Below, piece after piece: positions 60,383 to 64,000 of a stretch of 64,000 nucleotides of DNA. Every line of letters begins with the position of its first letter. The first letter of the stretch is position 1. The notes under the pieces were generated by a model. That model was not told the DNA's origin. It did not search any database and saw only the letters and a list, made by a program, of their open reading frames with translations. Position numbers and translations under genes: made by a program. Source of the stretch: Entomortierella parvispora E1425. Taxonomy: Eukaryota; Fungi; Mortierellomycota. The stretch is from assembly GCA_020891255.1 (NCBI GenBank), contig BQFW01000008.1:868001-932000 (forward strand). Reading direction: 5' to 3'.

Positions 60383-61671
60383 ATGTCCTCTCCCGCAGTA
60401 ACAGATACCACGCCTTTGCTCGGCGGCAGCAACAACACCAGCAGTTTGCCGGCCAAGAAGAGAAACGCGCTTCAGAGACGTCTTGACAGTTTGACACCTC
60501 TTCAGAGTCTTTTCGCTTTATTGCTATTGGCCGCCACTGTTTTTCTGGGCGTGTACCTGATGATCAAGCATACCCTGCCCAGAGACCTGTCAGAGTAAGA
60601 AAATAAGGAGCAAGCAATCCACGGTCGGTAGGGTGTTCTCGGCTCAATCGATACATTGTTTAACCGACTGCATCCTCTCTTTGTCTCCTAGTGAGGATCG
60701 CAAGTGGGTCAAGTTTCCAAGAAACGCAGAGGATGTCCAGCATCTCAGTATTATCCTCGAGGCTTATCTCGCAGACCATTACTTCGAGGTTTTGACTTGC
60801 TTCATTGTCACCTATATCGCGTAAGTTCCTTGTTTTCCCATTGTATGCTATCTAATGGGTAGATTTTCAAGTTGACACCTGTCCCCTTACACGTCTCGAG
60901 TTGTCTTCAGTCTGCAGGCATTTGCTGTCCCTGGGTCTGTGATGCTCTCGGTCCTTGGAGGTGCTTTGTTCAAGTTCTGGGTCGGTCTTGTGGTCGTTTT
61001 GTTGTGCGCTGGCATTGGATCCCTGTCCTGCTACTTCATTTCGCTCTATCTGGGCCACCCCATTGTGGAAAAGTACCTGGAGGCCCGTATCGCGAAGTTG
61101 CATGAAAAGATCGAGTCCAAGAAGGATCAGCTCTTTTTCTACTTTGCTTTCCTCCGTGTCACTCCCTTCATTCCCAGTAAGTCTAAAGGAAAAACAAAAG
61201 GGCCATTGTCCGAGAGTACAAAGAAGCTGTAGCCCATGTTTGAGTGCATGATCTGACGTCTCACGGAAAATATTTGTTTTTGCTTAGACTGGTTCATGAA
61301 CGTGGCTTCGCCTCACTTGGGAATCCCAGTTACCATTTTCTTCTTTGGAACGTTGGGTAAGTCGGCGCTTTGAAACTTCACAAGAATGCATTTCAACTTA
61401 GGTTGCTTGTTTTTTCTAATTCATAGCATTGCTATCAATAGTCGGTGTTCTTCCCAACACATTGGTCACTGTTCAGGCAGGAGTTACTTTGGCTGCCTTG
61501 GCCTCACCCGACGACTTCACTCTTTTGACGCCTCAAAACATTATCATGACGATCGTTGTTGGATTGTGTCTCCTGCTTCCTATTGTTCTTCACCGACATG
61601 TCGAGGATCCTACTGCCACACCCAAAGCTGACGACAACTCTGAGCAAGAGGATCCTCTGTCTCGTGTCTAG
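60383..61671 (+). CDS. VTT/SNARE-associated domain membrane protein, TMEM41-like (putative lipid scramblase), 5 exons
   Basis: KFPRNAEDV, YIALQAFAVPGSVMLSVLGGALF, LRVTPFIPNWFMNVASPHLGIP, GVLPNTLVTVQAG. Confidence 0.9.
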
Positions 61672-61914
61672 ACCATGGTTTGACCATTTTTTTTTTGTTA
61701 TATCCCTGGTCTTGATGACCATTGTTATGAGTCTTTGATTGTGAATATAAATGATAGACCCCTATCCAGACCGCTCTTTACCATGTCAACTATGTTCTCT
61801 ATTGCGGGGAGAGTTGTTTTTTGAAAAAAAAAAAAAAAAAAAGAAAAAGACAAATTACTGTATAATAATTTGCTCCGCGCCGCAAAAAGAAAAATACATC
61901 TTTTCTTTTGACCA

Positions 61915-63961
61915 ATGAACACGGAGGACCACCATCAGCCAACCGCATCGCCATTGTTCATCGGACTGGACCTGTCCACGCAGCAACTCAAGGTCGTTGT
62001 ACTTGAGTTGCATCACCCCGAACAAGATGGGCCATCTACATTGGAAAGCCATTCAACATTTGCCGTCCATTTCGACCATGACCTCCCCCATTTCCAGACG
62101 CGAGGTGGTGTCGCGGTTCTCCACGACACGGACCCAAAGAGCAAAGGGGTCGCTACGACACCAGTTTTGATGTGGGTGGAGGCAATAGAAAAGGTCTTTG
62201 ACAAGATGAAGCAGGAGGGATTTCCTTTTGAACGCGTCAAAGCGATATCAGGCGCCGCTCAGGTGAGAAGGATGTTTGAGTTCAATTGGATCGTTTGGTC
62301 TTTGGTCTAACAGACGCGCCATTTGGTCATCCTGATTAGCAACATGGGAGTGTCTATTGGTCTAAAGAGGCTATTAATGCATTGCAGTCGATGCATGGAC
62401 CTGCTACACAAAACCAGCGGCTGACAGAGATACTCAAGGAAGCCTTTACTGTTGGTCTGTCGCCAATGTGGCAAGACACGAGTACGTCAGCCCAGTGCCA
62501 GGAGATTGAGGAGTTCTTGGGCGTCTCGGAGACGGAGAAGAATAGCAGTGGAGCAGATGCTCGACTCTTGGGCCAGCAACGCTTGGCAGAGATGACAGGA
62601 TCGAGAGCTCATGAGCGATACACCGCTAGCCAAATCCTCAAGATTCGACAGGCGACCCCTGAAGTTTATCAGGCGACAGAACGCATTTCCCTAGTGAGCT
62701 CCTTCGTGGCGTCATTACTCATGGGGAAATTCGCGTCAATTGATGTTGCCGACGGTTCTGGTATGAACTTGCTTAATGTTGACACCAAGACATGGGACCC
62801 AAAGTTGACGGCGTTCATTGCACGAGGCGGATCAGGAGTTGTATCCTCAGGGCAGGCGACAAATGAGGATATCTCAAACACCTTAACCAAGAAGCTGGGG
62901 CCTGTGGATGCCTCAGGCAAAGCGCTGCAAGGCTATCTTTGTAGCTGGTTCCAGGAACGATATGGGTTTACTTCAGGTAATTATATGATGCTGTTTAATC
63001 ATCGGCACATTGACCACTCTTTAACAGCAGGTATTCTTTTTTTGAATTAGACGTTGGTGTTGTTTCCTTCACGGGTGATAATCCTGCGGCAGTCTTAGCC
63101 CTAAAGGCAGAGCAAGGAGACGCAATTGTCAGTCTGGGGACCAGCGATACCCTACTTTTATACACAGACAACCATGGACAGACCACCGACACCACACACG
63201 TATCGGAGCAGGCTGCAGAAGCAAAGCTTTCACTCGGATATTTGTGCCACCCAGTCGACCCCAATGGGTTCCTAATGCTTTACTGCGCTAAGAATGGATC
63301 ATTGGCTAGGGAACGCGTACGAGACCTCTATGCTGACGGAAAATGGGAGACATTTAACAAGTACCTGACTGAAGCTATGGACCTGCAGACCAGGAGCTGG
63401 TTTCAACAGGATGAGGAATCAAAATTAGGATTTTTCTTTTTTGACCGCGAAATCTGGCCGCCAGTTCAAGGGGTCTATCGGTTTGAAAACGGCGTCCCAG
63501 TCGATGAATTCCACTCAAAACAAAAGGAGGCTGCTGAGGAATCAGATCGTTTGAAGAAGCAAGCAAATGTCCTCTGCATTTGCGAGTCGCAGTTCTTGGC
63601 GATGCGAAGCCGCTCGAGCCAAAGTACGTCGTCATCCACTTCAAACACAGACACTCCATCCCCTTCGGGGATCTCCAGAATTCTAGCTACGGGAGGTGCC
63701 GCGTCAAATCCGGTGCTTCTTCGTCTTCTTTCTAATGTTTTTGGCGTACCCGTGGTGAGGACTGGCGGCGATGGAGATCAAACAGGCGCCGGATCCGCTG
63801 CTTGGGGAGCCGCAAGAAAAGCTTGCCAGTTCGGAAGTGGGACATTCATTCGAGACGAACAAACCTATGGCAACGCTATCCAACCAGACTTGGAACAGAC
63901 TCGACGCTACATCTCCCTTCTTCCGCAGTTCACCGCGCTTGAGCAAAAACTCTTGTCCTGA
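61915..63961 (+). CDS. XKS1: Xylulokinase (FGGY kinase family), 3 exons
   Basis: LFIGLDLSTQQLK, ISGAAQQHGSVYW, GSRAHERYTASQI, TGDNPA, SLGTSDT, KNGSLARERVRD, ATGGAASNP. Confidence 0.95.
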
Positions 63962-64000
63962 GCTCTTTTTTTTTTTTTTTTTTTTTTTTGATTTTTTTTT

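Noticed and set aside
1-64000. tRNA, rRNA, CRISPR, U12-type introns and readthrough PTS1 signals
   Set aside because: No cloverleaf T-loop contexts outside CDS, no rRNA-like stretches and no repeat-spacer arrays. No GTATCCTT/ATATCCTT donors or TGA-CTA plus SKL extensions were found at the sites inspected.

Overview
Intron-rich, gene-dense fungal genomic DNA of roughly 50% GC. Gene content and intron style suggest an early-diverging Mucoromycota lineage, probably Mortierellaceae; this is an inference. About 24 protein-coding genes can be modelled. Housekeeping genes: SAC1 (partial), KGD1, a TBC Rab-GAP, an ARO8-like aminotransferase, ERD2, RPS26, CDT1, GTB1, a TMEM41-like protein and xylulokinase. 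Less usual genes: a type III glutamine synthetase, three tandem bacterial-type VOC/glyoxalase genes, a GT10 fucosyltransferase-like protein with a degenerate motif and a C-terminal anchor, and a secreted S41 peptidase. Also present are an EI24/UsgS-like membrane protein with a 64-Q tract, a large coiled-coil protein with two CCHC knuckles, and a Rossmann-fold reductase behind a ~358-aa disordered arm. I found no rRNA, tRNA, CRISPR array or intact transposon. I see no clear-cut novel multi-gene system; the best leads are single-gene oddities and the VOC triplet. All family assignments come from motif recognition, not database searches.
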